DNA of 64,000 nt. Source: Octopus vulgaris. Its lineage: Eukaryota. The position numbers and the translations under genes were made by a program. Shown here piece after piece: positions 12,427-25,017 of the stretch; positions within the stretch are counted from its first letter, which is position 1, and every line of letters begins with the position of its first letter. The notes beneath the pieces were generated by a model that saw only the letters and a list, made by a program, of their open reading frames with translations, did no database searches and had not been told where the DNA came from. The DNA is taken from contig OX597817.1 of the NCBI GenBank assembly GCA_951406725.2, positions 10,168,001 through 10,232,000 of the forward strand, written 5' to 3'.

Positions 12427-12713
12427 TGGAGGCGCAATGGCCCAGTGGTTAGGGCAGCAAACTCGCGGTTTCGATTCCCAGACCGGGCGTTGTGTGTGTT
12501 TATTGAGCGAAAACACCTAAAAAGCTCCACGAGGCTCCTCAGGGGGGAGGTGATCCCTACTGTACCCTTTCACCACTCTTTCTCCCACTCTTTCTTCTGT
12601 TGGCCTGCTCGCTTAGCCAGCGGGGTGGCGTCGTTCGAAGGCTAAAACAATGCGAACGCATTGTGACCAGCGATGTGTAGCAACATCTGATGGTCTGGTC
12701 GGTCACGTGATGA
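12427..12713 (+). mobile_element. SINE family C head with tail type 2
   Basis: tRNA-like head TGGCCCAGTGGTTAGGGCAGC...GGTTTCGATTCCC; 3' half differs from the other C copies. Confidence 0.8.
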
Positions 12714-13102
12714 TGTATGTATGTATGTATGTATGTATACATCAGTGGCAAGCAGTTAAAAACTGACGTGGCCATCATTACTCAGTTTCCGAGACACGAA
12801 AGTACATGTCTAATCAATCATACATCCACGATTAGAGAAACCCTACCCGCTAGCAATTCTTGAATGTAGTTCTTTCTTGCTTGATGGTAAACTAGGTTTC
12901 TTCTAGAGAAGGTGGCTCACCCAGTGAAACTTTTGCACATGTTTGCATAATACAGTAAAGTTATTGAGTTGTAAAGAATTACTAAAATGCAAAAATAGTA
13001 ACTTGACTGACTATTACTTTTTATCAAAACTAGGTAATTCCCGACAATAATACCAATTTCCCTGGCATTATTGTCCGTCAGTTTCGATCGATTGACCGAT
13101 AG

Positions 13103-13325
13103 TACTCTTTACTCTTTTACTCTTTTACTTGTTTCAGTCATTTGACTGCGGCCATGCTGGAGCACCGCATTTAGTCGAGCAAATCGACCCCGGGACTTAT
13201 TCTTTGTGAGCCCAGTACTTATTCTATCGGTCTCTTTTTGCCGAACCGCTCAGTGACGGGGACATAAGCACACCAGCATCGGTTGTCAAGCAATGCTAGG
13301 GGGGCAAACACACACACACAAACAC

Positions 13326-13356
<31 letters not shown>

Positions 13357-13528
13357 CATATATACGACAGGCTTCTTTCAGTTTCCGTCTACCAAATCCA
13401 CTCACAAGGCATTGGTCGGCCCGGGGCTATAGCAGAAGACACTTGCCCAAGATGCCACGCAGTGGGACTGAACCTGGAACCATGTGGTTGGTTAGCAAGC
13501 TACTTACCACACAGCCACTCCTGCGCCT
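13103..13528 (-). mobile_element. SINE family A, full length
   Basis: Reverse complement of the family A consensus. Confidence 0.92.
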
Positions 13529-13639
13529 ATTACTCTTAGTAACTATTAGTAACTATTAGTAACTCAGAAATTTTGAAATTACTTCGAATTTTCTGTTGAG
13601 GGACACTTCGGGTTACTTCTGAATATGCAGCTTTACATA

Positions 13640-13920
13640 CTGGAAGATTCTGAAATTACGTAATCGATGGACCTCAAAATTATAATGATGTCATTGGTGG
13701 GCAGGCTTCCAAAAGAAACAGGACCTAAAGGCATGTGGTTACATATCCTCTGATATCGTTGGCAATACGCCCATACAGTTCCTCTGGACACTATCTAGTG
13801 GAGGGAGTGTAGCTCCATACTCTACAGACTTTTAAAGAAAAGAAACTATCAGCGGTTAAGAAGCTCAATTTTGGCTTTTGCAGATGGATTGCTGGGGGTT
13901 CGCTCATCAAATGTATCTAT
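13640..13920 (+). mobile_element. Highly decayed RTE-like LINE C-terminal fragment
   Basis: KQDLKACG resembles the RTE KRDLKACGI motif; otherwise full of stops. Confidence 0.3.
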
Positions 13921-14852
13921 TCAGGGGCGTATGTTCCGGGTGAGCTAGGTGCGCACTGCACACCCATTGAAAATGGCAAATTCATTATAAATATTAACCT
14001 TACTCATTAATTTAATGACAATTCTTAATGGAACTTTTGTTACACTTACACTCCTGCTTGAAATTTGGTGGCATTAGGTGTGGCAGCACACCCAGTAAAA
14101 TAACCACCATATGCCTATATGGTATGTAATTTGGGAAACGATGTTATCTAAGCAAGAACAGCTAACGTTAATATCATGTTAGTTTAAAAGTTGGTGATAT
14201 GATCACAATTTAGTGCCTTACAAAATATTAATAGTTTCTAACAATGTTTGTGGCTTCTTATAAAATATTTGGGAATAATAAACCAGATAACATTACATAC
14301 AGATTTGGGAGTGTTCTTGTAAACTTTTCAATGAAGGCACGCTTAGTTTGAACTTCTAAATAGTAAGAGGCGATTTCCCTCTCTTGGGATCAGCAGGGGT
14401 TCTTCAAAAGTTTGCTGCTATATTCCTAACTATAGGTGTTGGGGTTTAGTGGGGTTCTTGTGTCAGTATACACACACTCACTAATACTAATACACACTAA
14501 CACATCCGCCATCTTCGTTTTTGACTTTTTATAAGGGCTGTTATTAACATGTCTGAAGAACAGTAATGTTTAAGAAATTAACACTTGGTATACATGTGTG
14601 TGTGTGTGTGTGAGCGTGCGCACGCGCGTGAGTGCTAGTCTGTGTGTGCACTTGTAGGACAATTTGTATGTTTGTGTAAGCTGAATGCTTTCTTTGTGCA
14701 TAGTTATTACACAAGCACGCGGAAATACGTGCAATCACAAGTATTACACAATAGTATAGCAACAGCCGAATGGGTCTTTTCGCTGAAAAACGGCAACAGT
14801 TGGATACATATATCTGTGAGTGCGAGTGTGTTTGCGTATGTGTATGTACGTT

Positions 14853-14897
<45 letters not shown>

Positions 14898-15131
14898 GAC
14901 ATGCATCTGTCTATCTATTTATATATGTATGTATATATATATATATATATATATATAGTAAACCAAAAGTTATCACATAGGCACTTTAATTTTCTTTTAA
15001 AACATTTTATTACATTTGAATTTCTTATCTTACAAACTGAAAAGGGAGATTGACAAATTAACTAAATTAGCATAGAGTAATGTTTTCATATTTTTTTTAA
15101 TAATTAAGATCTAAAGAGTTAATAGGAGTAC

Positions 15132-15536
15132 AGGCGTAGGAGTGGCTCTGTGGTGAGTAGCTTGTTTACCAACCACAAGGTTCTGGGTTTAGTCCCACTG
15201 CGTGCCACCTTGAGCTAGTGTCTTCTACTATAGCCCCGGGCCGACCAAAGCCTTGTGAGTGAATTTGGTAGACGGAAACTGAAAGAAGCCCGTCGTATAT
15301 ATGTATATGTATATATATATGTGTGTGTATACGTTTGTGTGTCTGTGTTTGTCCCCCCAACATCACTTGACAACCGATGCTGGTGTGTTTACGTCACCGT
15401 AACTTAGCGGTTCAGCAAAAGAGACCGATAGAATAAGTACTGGGCTTACAAAGAATAAGTCCTGGGGTCGATTTTCTTGACTAAAGGCGGTGCTCCAGCA
15501 TGGCCACAGTCAAATGACTGAAACAAGTAAAAGAGT
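15132..15536 (+). mobile_element. SINE family A, full length
   Basis: Matches the family A consensus. Confidence 0.92.
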
Positions 15537-15799
15537 ATATGAATGCGAAAGAGATAGTTGAATAACTGTAAACCTACTTTTGGCCCAACCTGCATGCATA
15601 TAAATTTATATATATATATAATATTATATATATATTATATTATATTATATTATATTATATTATATTATATTATATTATATTATATTATATTATATATGTG
15701 TGTGTTTCTGTTTGTGTGTAGGTTTATTTGTAAAAATTTACCGAATACCAAATGAAAGATAACAAAAAAAAATGGGAAAAAATCACTCTTAAAGAGGCG

Positions 15800-16818
15800 A
15801 GAAAAAAAAATTTTTCCGCGTCGTTGTTACTTCGTCTTTCTCAACGCTGTTTTCGGCTTTTTCACTGTCGTCGTCATCATATCAACATCATCGTCGTCGT
15901 CATCATATCAACATCATCGTCGTCGTCATCATATCAACATCATCGTCGTCGTCATCATTTTCATCAATCATCATTAGTTTCTTGTATCTCCATTGCGCCT
16001 AACAGTTGTGAATTCAATTCTTGTTTGAGTCACGTCGCAGTCATAATTTTTATCTTTTTTTTTTTTTGTTTTTTGCCCCTGTATCGGGGCGTATTTTTTT
16101 TTTTTTTTTTTGCTTTACAGAGATGCTTCTCTTGTTTATTGTTGTTTTCACAGTTTTATCTTTGTTACGATCCCTCTGTTGCTTTTGTTAAGGTGGTTTT
16201 TCTCGCTTTGCCTTTGTACCTACGTTCACACTTCACATCCTATCACCGTTCTGGTTACATGCTATTACTGCGCTAATATCACCAACAACAATGGCAGCAG
16301 CTGCAGCCAATGCAACGATTGAAAACAGCAGCAGCATTTACTGCTGTTGTTTGTCGCTTTTATTGTTGTTGCTGCTGCTGTTGCCGCTGCTGTTGCTGCT
16401 GCTGCTGCTGAACTGGGTGATTTCATTTCACGACTATAGCGAAAGAATAAAATGGCGGATTTGATAAAGACTCAGACAACAGGTGGCAGTAGTTGTTTGT
16501 GTGACCGTCGAGGTAGTAGCAGCTGTTTGACAGAAATAGTAGTAGTGCCAGTAGCCGTGGTGGTAATAGCTGTGATAGTGGTGGTGGGAGGTGATGGTCG
16601 TTGGTAGTAGTACAAGTGGTGGTAGTGAGAGAGATGTAGTATTAGTGGTGGTAGTAACAGTGCTTCTAGTAGTGATGGTATTGGTAATACTAGTAATTTT
16701 AGTGATGGTTATGATGATGATGATGATGATGATGATAAAGTAGCTGCACTAGTAAGAGCTAATAGTGATACTAATATAAAGAGTAGGTATACTCGTAATA
16801 ATAGTAACAGTTGGGATT

Positions 16819-16877
<59 letters not shown>

Positions 16878-17749
16878 GGTGGTGGTGGTGGTGGGAGGAT
16901 GAAAGGGTGGAATAGAAATAAATGAATTAAGAACATAAGCAAAATCAATACAGCTTCCTTTCGTCAGTAATAGTAGTAGTGGTGGTGGTTGTGGTGGTGG
17001 TGGTAGTAGTAGTAGTAGTAGTGAGGAAGACGGCGATGGTGGTCTGGTTTTCGTAGTATCAATGGTGACATAACAGTGAGGTTGCTGGGTTAACTATTGA
17101 AATGATGGTGGTGGTGGTGGTGGTTGTGGTGGTGGTAGTCGTGGTTGTGGTGGTGGTTGTGGTGGTGGTGGTTGTGGTGGCGCAGACAGCGGCTGTGTTC
17201 ATTCGGTGATGATGATGATTGTAGATGTGTTGTTAGAATAGGACCATAGGTGTTACTGTTGTGATTGTTGCAATTCGTTATTTGTCGTGGTGGTGGTGGT
17301 GGTAGTGGTAGTGGTAGTGGTGGTGGTGGTGGTGGTGGTGGTGGTGACGACAGTAAATGGTAAGGGCGGCAGGCAGTGGCGACGGTGGTGGCGTCAGCTG
17401 TGACGAAGGTGAAATGACCCGTTGCTAGTTGTTTACTTCACAAACCAAATATTTCTCCTCTTTAAGAGCAGTCTCCGTCGACACCGCCACCGCCGCCGCC
17501 GCCGTCTCCGTCTCCGTCCGTGGTCGTTTCCTTGACCAGGCCTCATGTCCTCTTCATTTACACACCGAGCCGGTATCGTAACTGACATAAAATAACCTCA
17601 AAAACGACAACAATCAAATCGTTTCGAACTGATAAGCGAATTATAAACCAATTTCTACAATGACAAAACCAATTATACACATATAATAATAATTCCTACT
17701 TCTAATTAACATTACGCTGGATTACCGTTGCAATTATTTATACTAGTTG

Positions 17750-17820
<71 letters not shown>

Positions 17821-17865
17821 GTTATTGTCGTTGTTTAAAGTTTTGTGCTTCGTTGTTATCCAAAG
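15800..17865 (+). other. Candidate non-coding first exon (long 5' UTR), CpG- and trinucleotide-rich
   Basis: SINE-free ~2 kb with elevated CpG and GCT/GGT/AGT/GCC/ATT tracts, ending at the perfect donor AAG|GTAAGT (GT at 17866-17867); no convincing ORF. Confidence 0.35.
15866..15958. repeat. 26 bp tandem repeat, ~3.5 copies
   Basis: Unit CGTCGTCGTCATCATATCAACATCAT. Confidence 0.9.
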
Positions 17866-17978
17866 GTAAGTAATACCACAAATAGTTCACACCTGACAAC
17901 TACAAAAATCTCCCGCACTTTAAGGACCGTCTAGCTTGTTACTTTTATGTAAATCTTACATACATACATACATACATA

Positions 17979-18185
17979 CGAGGAGGGTGGTGAAAAGCTC
18001 CTGGCTTTAAGGGTATCTCGAAAGGCCTGGCTAGAAGCCCAACTTTCTGAGTTTTTGAACAGGGCTTAGAAAAACTGCAATAAATGTGTGAATCTGAGAG
18101 AGGAATGTGTTGAATAAAATCATAATTAACTGATCCTCCTGTATTTTCTTTGATCCAAAGACAGGAACATTTCAGCACTCTCTCG
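17979..18185. mobile_element. Tc1/mariner MITE, same family as 2856-3050
   Basis: TA|CGAGG...AAAAGCTCCTGG and CAGGAACATTTCAGCACTCTCTCG|TA. Confidence 0.85.
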
Positions 18186-18635
18186 TACATATACATGTAT
18201 ACATAAACCACACACTCACAGACACATACTTTTACCCAGGGACTGGGGCTTTTCTGGGGCACCGCTATTTGTGTGATTACATGTGTATTTCAACTTGCTT
18301 CCCGGCCCTACACTACTGGTTAGGGAAATACTAAGTTGGACAAAGCTACTCTTAGCCGCATTTGCATCTCTTGCTGTGTTAAGAGCTTATCTGACATCTC
18401 AAGTATTCTTTGCACAGATCCGCATCTGCACCTTGTACATCTGTTTCTTTTTGTTTTGTTTTTTTTTCCCAAGGAATTCAAACGCTGTGCACCTTTGAAC
18501 CCTAAACTGTTTCAGTATTGGGTCCTAACTTTATCTACATGTGTAGTTTTGAAATGTCTTGCACGAAACCCTTGGTTTTTAAGTCACATATACATACATA
18601 CACATATATGTATATATATATATGTGTACATGTAT

Positions 18636-18666
<31 letters not shown>

Positions 18667-19173
18667 TGTGCATGTGTATATATGTGTGTTTGTGTGTGAG
18701 TGCATATACGCATATCTATACATTGCATCGATATATAAATGAAAAATGTATTATCCCATATGTACATGTAAGTATGTATTGGTAAGTATGTATGTGCGTG
18801 TGCTTGTGTGCGTGCGGGAGGGCGTGTGTGTGTAATATGGTGCATTTTTGTAGACACACGAACACACCCACATAAATACATATCTATCTATAAATGTGCA
18901 TTTATATATATATATATACATATATATATTGACACAGACAGGCAGACAGTAAATACTGTATGTTTGTGAACGCTTTCTTTCAGTAGCACTCCACCCCGGA
19001 ATCAATAATAAGTGAACGAACTACCACAAAAAATACATATACTATGAAAAAAAATTATACGCAACCGTTAAGAAACATCTTAATTTCAATAAAACCCATG
19101 CCGACAATAAGAAGCAGAATATCGACACCTACACAGATACTAAATACAGCTTTACACACATAGACAGACACAC

Positions 19174-19228
<55 letters not shown>

Positions 19229-19588
19229 CATATATATATAGAGAGAGAGAGACAGGGACAGAGAGAGAGACAGAGAGACAAACAGACGTTCATACGCTTT
19301 GACTCACACAAACACGCTCAAGCTTTTTTTCTTCAAAAATTGCTTCGTATATTTTATTGACGTTCTACGTTAAATCTATATTCTCCAGTTGTTTCATTAT
19401 ACAAGATAACTGATACATCCCTTTATTCCTCACTTCCTTCACACATTCCAATTTTTTTTTTTTTGTTCGCTGACCTTTTTTTTATTTGCGTGTATGCATG
19501 TGCGTGTGTGTCATTATTTCTCTTGTCAATGACTGCGAAGAATCTATCTCTTTCTCACTCTCTGTTTTTCTTTGTCTCTCTCTTTCTC

Positions 19589-19589
<1 letters not shown>

Positions 19590-19637
<48 letters not shown>

Positions 19638-19644
19638 GTAAAGA

Positions 19645-19692
<48 letters not shown>

Positions 19693-19701
19693 GTAAAGAT
19701 A

Positions 19702-19736
<35 letters not shown>

Positions 19737-19752
19737 GTAAAGATATATTTAT
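19590..19752. repeat. Compound repeat (TA)n-CGTAAAGATATATTT, 3 copies
   Basis: Read directly. Confidence 0.9.
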
Positions 19753-20477
19753 AAACTCATATACAAGTATATTTTATACGCATATGTATATATATATGTT
19801 CTTACATCTATACAATTACATACATATACCTATTCAATTTATAAGCGTATCCTTTTTACTACCTCGTCAGCGCCTGTCCCCTAATGGTAACTTCTAGTAT
19901 AGACCTTCGCCATTTTAATTTTTCTGCGTGTATTTTCCAGTTTTTAAGACCAGTTATCCGAGATGTACTCTGTGACTCGGGAAATTCGGGCACAGTACAT
20001 CGTGTTCCAGTTTATATTTCTTAGTCTTCCAAAAACTATAGATGCTAGTGTGGGGTGTCGTTTCTTGGCTTATATAGATTCGTGAAGCCGACAGCATTGA
20101 CATGTCACACAAAGTAATATTAGGTGATATTTTGTACTTTTCCGTTAGGTCATAATCACAAGCTAGGTATTGGCACCATATGTACACACATACATACAGA
20201 CGAACACAGACACACACACATACACAGACAGTCACACACACAAACACTCACACACACACACATGCACACGCACACGCACACACACACACACAAACACGCA
20301 CACACACACACACACACACGCACACACACACACACATATATATATATAGGTCAAAACAATTTGATTCGAATTCGCTGATACTCAGAATTTCAAGCGTGAT
20401 GCTAATCAACCGCTGCGAATATCCATACATATAACTCCCAATACATGTATTGTGTGCCCTTCTTTCATTTGTTCCCT

Positions 20478-20530
<53 letters not shown>

Positions 20531-20779
20531 GCATGTGCGTGTGTGTGTCATATATACGCTATTTGGAAAGAAAACAATGCAAAAGAATGCCAACAGACAA
20601 AAAATATAAACATAATCTCAGGAAAACGACCCAAAGATTTAAATAGATATATGAGGCTATTCAACAAAACTTCCTCAGACCCAATTATAGCCTTGAGACT
20701 GATGGTAATGAGTTTATCTCGATACCAAGTGACTTCCCCCTCTAACATCCATTACGAACCACAATAGCAGACTCCACCG

Positions 20780-22110
20780 AGTCCTTGGGGTTGTGAGGCT
20801 GTAGGTCGATTACCTGCAACACGACAACGTCACATTAGAAGACCTGAAGGGTCACGAGAGGTTTGGCATCACATATGATCACTCTTTCTGTACCTCGGTG
20901 TGCATAAAATGCACTCATCTCGTCAATTAGGAATTGTACTTGATATCCTCGTGCACTACACAGCTGTTTAATTAACTGGGCCACCGTGGATTGCTTGGCC
21001 ATGGCTCACATCGATCTCTTAGGCTAAGAGTTTAGGTTGACGATGTTCTAGATTTATCAAACGAACTTGGTCATTTTGACAATGTCTAATTGCTCATAAG
21101 ACTTTTTTCTCTTGACAACGGATGACACCGCTCACCAGAGGTCTTCAGCTGATCCACTACTTTGAACAAGAAGGACCCAGCCACGTTCAAGAATTTGACA
21201 ATCTTCGAGTCGCTTGGGTTAGTGGATAGATCCATGAGCACAACAAGGCTTTGCACTTACGGTGTCAAATTGAAATATACCATATTGATTTTATCGATTT
21301 GTCTGAAAGAGTGTTAAAAAAAGTTTAGATTTGGCGCATGCTGCATAACATTACGTTAATCGATGGTTTTCAGCCAGAGCACATATGACCCTTTGGTGTC
21401 TATATAACCCCTGGGGTTATATAAGATACTGTTGTTAAAATTTATCTGCAATAAATTGGTTATACTTCTACTATATACAAGGTATTTTAACTTCTTGCTT
21501 TATACAATTACTAATAATATATAATTGTAAAATTATAATAAGATTTTTTAAACATCGACCTCTGACATATCCTCCATTACAAACCCTAACAACAAAGTCC
21601 ATCAATGATTTCTTGGAATTATAAGGCTGCATGTCGGTTCCTTTCCACCCGACGACGTCACAAACGTAGTAGTTTAAGAGCTTCATATTAGAAGACCTGG
21701 AGGAGCCACAAGAAAATAAGATGGTCCATCTGAGTAAAATAGTGATAAAAGGGGTCCATGGGTAAAAAAAAATGGTTGAGAAGCACTGGATTAGATCGTC
21801 TTCCATTTATAATTCACTAAATTTTGTTCATAAGTGCTCTTCTTCGCATCCGAATCGTATTTTGGCCGGATGTCCTACAGTATTTGGAGTAGGATGATAC
21901 AAGTGAAGGCGTGACGAGATTCTTACAGAAATTGCCAAATGGATGGGTCTGCAGTTCAGAAGAAGCGTACGGGCTAAGGGACGAAACGCTGGTGTCGAAT
22001 ATCCGTACAGAAGGGTTTCCAACATTGCGATAGCTTTTGTTGCTATCAGAAAGCTTGCAATATCATTAAGTAGCTCCTGTAGTTTCTGCGTGGAGCAAAG
22101 CATCTCTTGG
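20780..22110 (-). mobile_element. Decayed RTE-clade LINE 3' region, interrupted by a hAT MITE
   Basis: ORF 21828-22103 has TK...LETLLYGYST...IHL...RI...PNT, matching the RTE post-RT motif LLYGxETW...FHxxCLRxI...PNTEVL; weaker downstream motifs in 20780-21240. Confidence 0.5.
21362..21789. mobile_element. Diverged hAT-type MITE
   Basis: Right end GGGGTCCATGG...GGTTGAGAAGCACTG; degenerate left end GATGGTTTTCAGCC; similar right ends at 27235-27292 and 46570-46642. Confidence 0.6.
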
Positions 22111-22277
22111 TGTTTATTTCATCAATTATGTATGAGCTTGTATGTGTGTATACCAGTATGTATGCCTACACACTCACATACACACACACACACACAAACA
22201 CACATACACACACATAAACACACACACGCACACACACACATTCACTTCTATTCACACTGATATGTATATATGTATGT

Positions 22278-22510
22278 AAGGCAACGAGCTGGCAGAAACG
22301 TTAGCACGCCGGGCGAAATGCGTAGCCGTATTTCGTCTGCCGTTACGTTCAGAGTTCAAATTCCGCCGAGGTCGACTTTGCCTTTCATCCTTTCGGGGTC
22401 GGTAAATAAAGTACCAGTTACGCAGTGGGATCAATGTAATCGACCTTAATCCCTTTGTCTGTCCTTGTTTGTCCCCTCTGTGTTTAGCCCCTTGTGGGAA
22501 ATAAAGAAAT
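22278..22510 (+). mobile_element. SINE family B, full length
   Basis: Matches the family B consensus. Confidence 0.92.
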
Positions 22511-23643
22511 ATATATATATATATGTATGTAGGTGAGACATTGCACTAATGCCAGACCGGGTTTTCAGCTTCAGTTTAGCGTTTAGCTCATGCCGCATGT
22601 TGTTGTTGTTGATGTTGTTGTTGCTGTTGCTGTTGTTGTTGTTGTTAAGAAGGAGGACGAGCGCCAAATTTATTCAGATCCAAATGTAATTCAACCGATA
22701 CAATTTTAGCTATTTGCCTGCCAGAGACTATAAATCTTCAATTTCTCCTTCCTTATTTTAAGGCGCAACAGTTTTATTTGAGGGTTATTCTGGATGTTGT
22801 TTCTAAATTGTTGAGCGAAAACGTAAAGGCTCTACCTTTAGCTCAAAACCACGCGCGTGTGTTTGTATTTGTGAATCTACGTGTATTAGGAGAGAAACTA
22901 AATGCTTAATATGTCATTGTTAATAAGCTTCTAATTTCCTTCAATGTGTCCTCCATTTTGATGTCTATTCTTTGTTTATATTTGTTTTACCATCTTTCTC
23001 TCTATTCTTACGCTAGTTGCTATCTTTCTATTTATTTATATCTCAGTTTCCGTCACAAACATAGACAACCACATATATATTCCCGAACGCACGTTTATAT
23101 TCCTGAACGCATGTTTATATTCAACCAGATTCGGTTTATAGTTGCAGAGAAGTGACAGTTTCTCTATGATCCGTATCTGTTGACAGGTTTCGCTTGGTCT
23201 TCTGTTTGTAATAATTTGATCTGGCTTACGTTCCTAATGGTCTTGGCAAAATCAAGAGCGCCTTGTGATATTATTTCTCAGAATGTAAGGTGGTATGTTA
23301 GACGAATTGTTAAATCAATGGGATAAATACATTACAGTATAATCACAGACCCTTCATTCCATTTATGCGATCAAATCTCGCCACAGGCGTACATCCTTCG
23401 AGAGTCAATAAAATATCTGTAAACTACAAAAGTTGATTTACCCCACCCTACTCTAACTAAAATAAAAATAGAAAAACGTGTGGCTTTCTGCCAATGTTAG
23501 ACTCTATTATTATATCCTTGATTCTGGTAAATCTGTGGCCCTGAAATTTTAAAAGAAGTAGTTTTCGTTGAATAAAATTGAGTCTTTTATAATGATTACT
23601 TGGACTACTTTCACGGTTCTCGGTTGTTTCAGAGTTATATGTA

Positions 23644-23706
<63 letters not shown>

Positions 23707-23730
23707 AGAGAGAGAGAGAGAGAGAGAGAT

Positions 23731-23836
23731 AGCAAGAAAAAAGCAACAAAAATGGATCAATATTTCGGTACAATTGTTTCGTACGAAGACACCTTGTACC
23801 GAAATATTGATCCATTTTTGTTGCTTTCTTCTTGCT
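23731..23836. repeat. 43 bp inverted repeat (1 mismatch) with 20 nt spacer
   Basis: 23731-23773 vs 23794-23836; arms contain CCGAAATATTGATCC, resembling a hammerhead 3' half. Confidence 0.92.
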
Positions 23837-23988
23837 TATAATCACCCCGCATTATCTTATGGTTAATACCATATAGATTTCTAGTGCATCTAAGTTAAGT
23901 ACCTCATTCATGTGAATTTAACAGAACTCACTTGAATCTTAATTACTTTTACTATATATATTTATATATATATATATATATATATATA

Positions 23989-24213
23989 AGGGTGGAGCTG
24001 AAAAGTTCCTGGCTTTGGGTAAAAGAAAATAGAGGAGGATCAGTTAATCATGATCTTCTTCAACATGTTCCCCTCTAAGGTTCACACATTTATGGGACCG
24101 GTCCTTCAGTTTTTCTAAGCCATGTAAAAGAACATGTAAAAAAACGTTGGGCCTCCAGCTAGAGACCTTTCGCGATATTCTTAAAGTCAGGAACTTTTCA
24201 GCACCCGCTCTCG
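23989..24213. mobile_element. Tc1/mariner MITE, opposite orientation to the other two
   Basis: GCTGAAAAGTTCCTGG...CAGGAACTTTTCAGCACC; interior is the reverse complement of the other copies. Confidence 0.85.
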
Positions 24214-24400
24214 TGTATGTATGTATGTGTGTATATATATACATATATAAATAATCGAGTAGTTGAATGAATTATCTTATTATGGATAATTCGGTTAACC
24301 GATACCTGGGTAGCAAATTCACGTCAGAAAAAACACGGTTGAAGCTACATGCCTAGGGCAGAGATCACGTGCTATCGTGTGGAAATTTGTGTGTTAATAC

Positions 24401-24682
24401 AAATAAATGAAAGAATGGAGTTGAACGACGAATTAACAAAATTCCTTTATTTTATTTTCGACATATGTTTCGAAGGCTGCATATTCCTAATTTTTTGTGC
24501 ATCTAAAAAATTTTGTGCATCTTGATGCTGACATAAGTTCCTTACTTTTCCTGATGAGAAGGCGGCATAATGCACCCCTTATTCCTTCGAAATTAGAAAT
24601 ATGCAGCCTTCGAAACATATGTCGAAAATAAAATAAAGGAATTTTGTTAATTCGTCGTTCAACTCCATTCTTTCATGTATTT
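24401..24682. mobile_element. Tail-to-tail inverted repeat, PLE pseudo-LTR-like (93 bp arms, 2 mismatches)
   Basis: 24401-24493 vs 24590-24682; overlaps a hammerhead ribozyme motif; ends in (TA)n. Confidence 0.75.
24546..24628 (+). ncRNA. Type I hammerhead ribozyme
   Basis: Stem I TTTTC/GAAAA; CTGATGA (24551-24557); stem II GAAGGCGGCATA/TATGCAGCCTTC (11 of 12 pairs); GAAA (24612-24615); palindromic stem III ACATATGT; GUC cleavage triplet at 24621-24623. Confidence 0.8.
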
Positions 24683-25017
24683 ATATATATATACAGAAGG
24701 GATTCTAATCTATACAGTGTTCTCATGACATACGTTTGCACGTTCACAGTTATCAAATGTATGTATATACATGTTTTATTTTAAATGAGGTATACATAGC
24801 ATTTGTTGTATTTTTGATTACATGTTAAACGTGTTTCATTATAGGATAGAAGATTCTATACATGCTTTTCTACATGTATATCTTTGTAACTCGGAATTAA
24901 AAACGTATCAAACTTTTACAGAGTATTGTTTTGATATTAGTATATATATATATATATATATATATGGAGAGAGAGAGAGAGAGCGAGAAAGAGGTCTATA
25001 TCATGTTTTATTTTTCT

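Noticed and set aside
13293-13559. Recurrent MLGGQT...RHLPKMPRSGTEPGTMWLV ORFs
   Set aside because: Antisense translation of SINE family A; frames differ among copies
17433-17588. Minus-strand Arg-rich, protamine-like ~52 aa ORF
   Set aside because: Arg run derives from (CGG)n/(GAGACG)n repeats; no other support
19590-19752. CRISPR-like repeat-spacer pattern
   Set aside because: Spacers are just (TA)n; eukaryotic context with no cas genes
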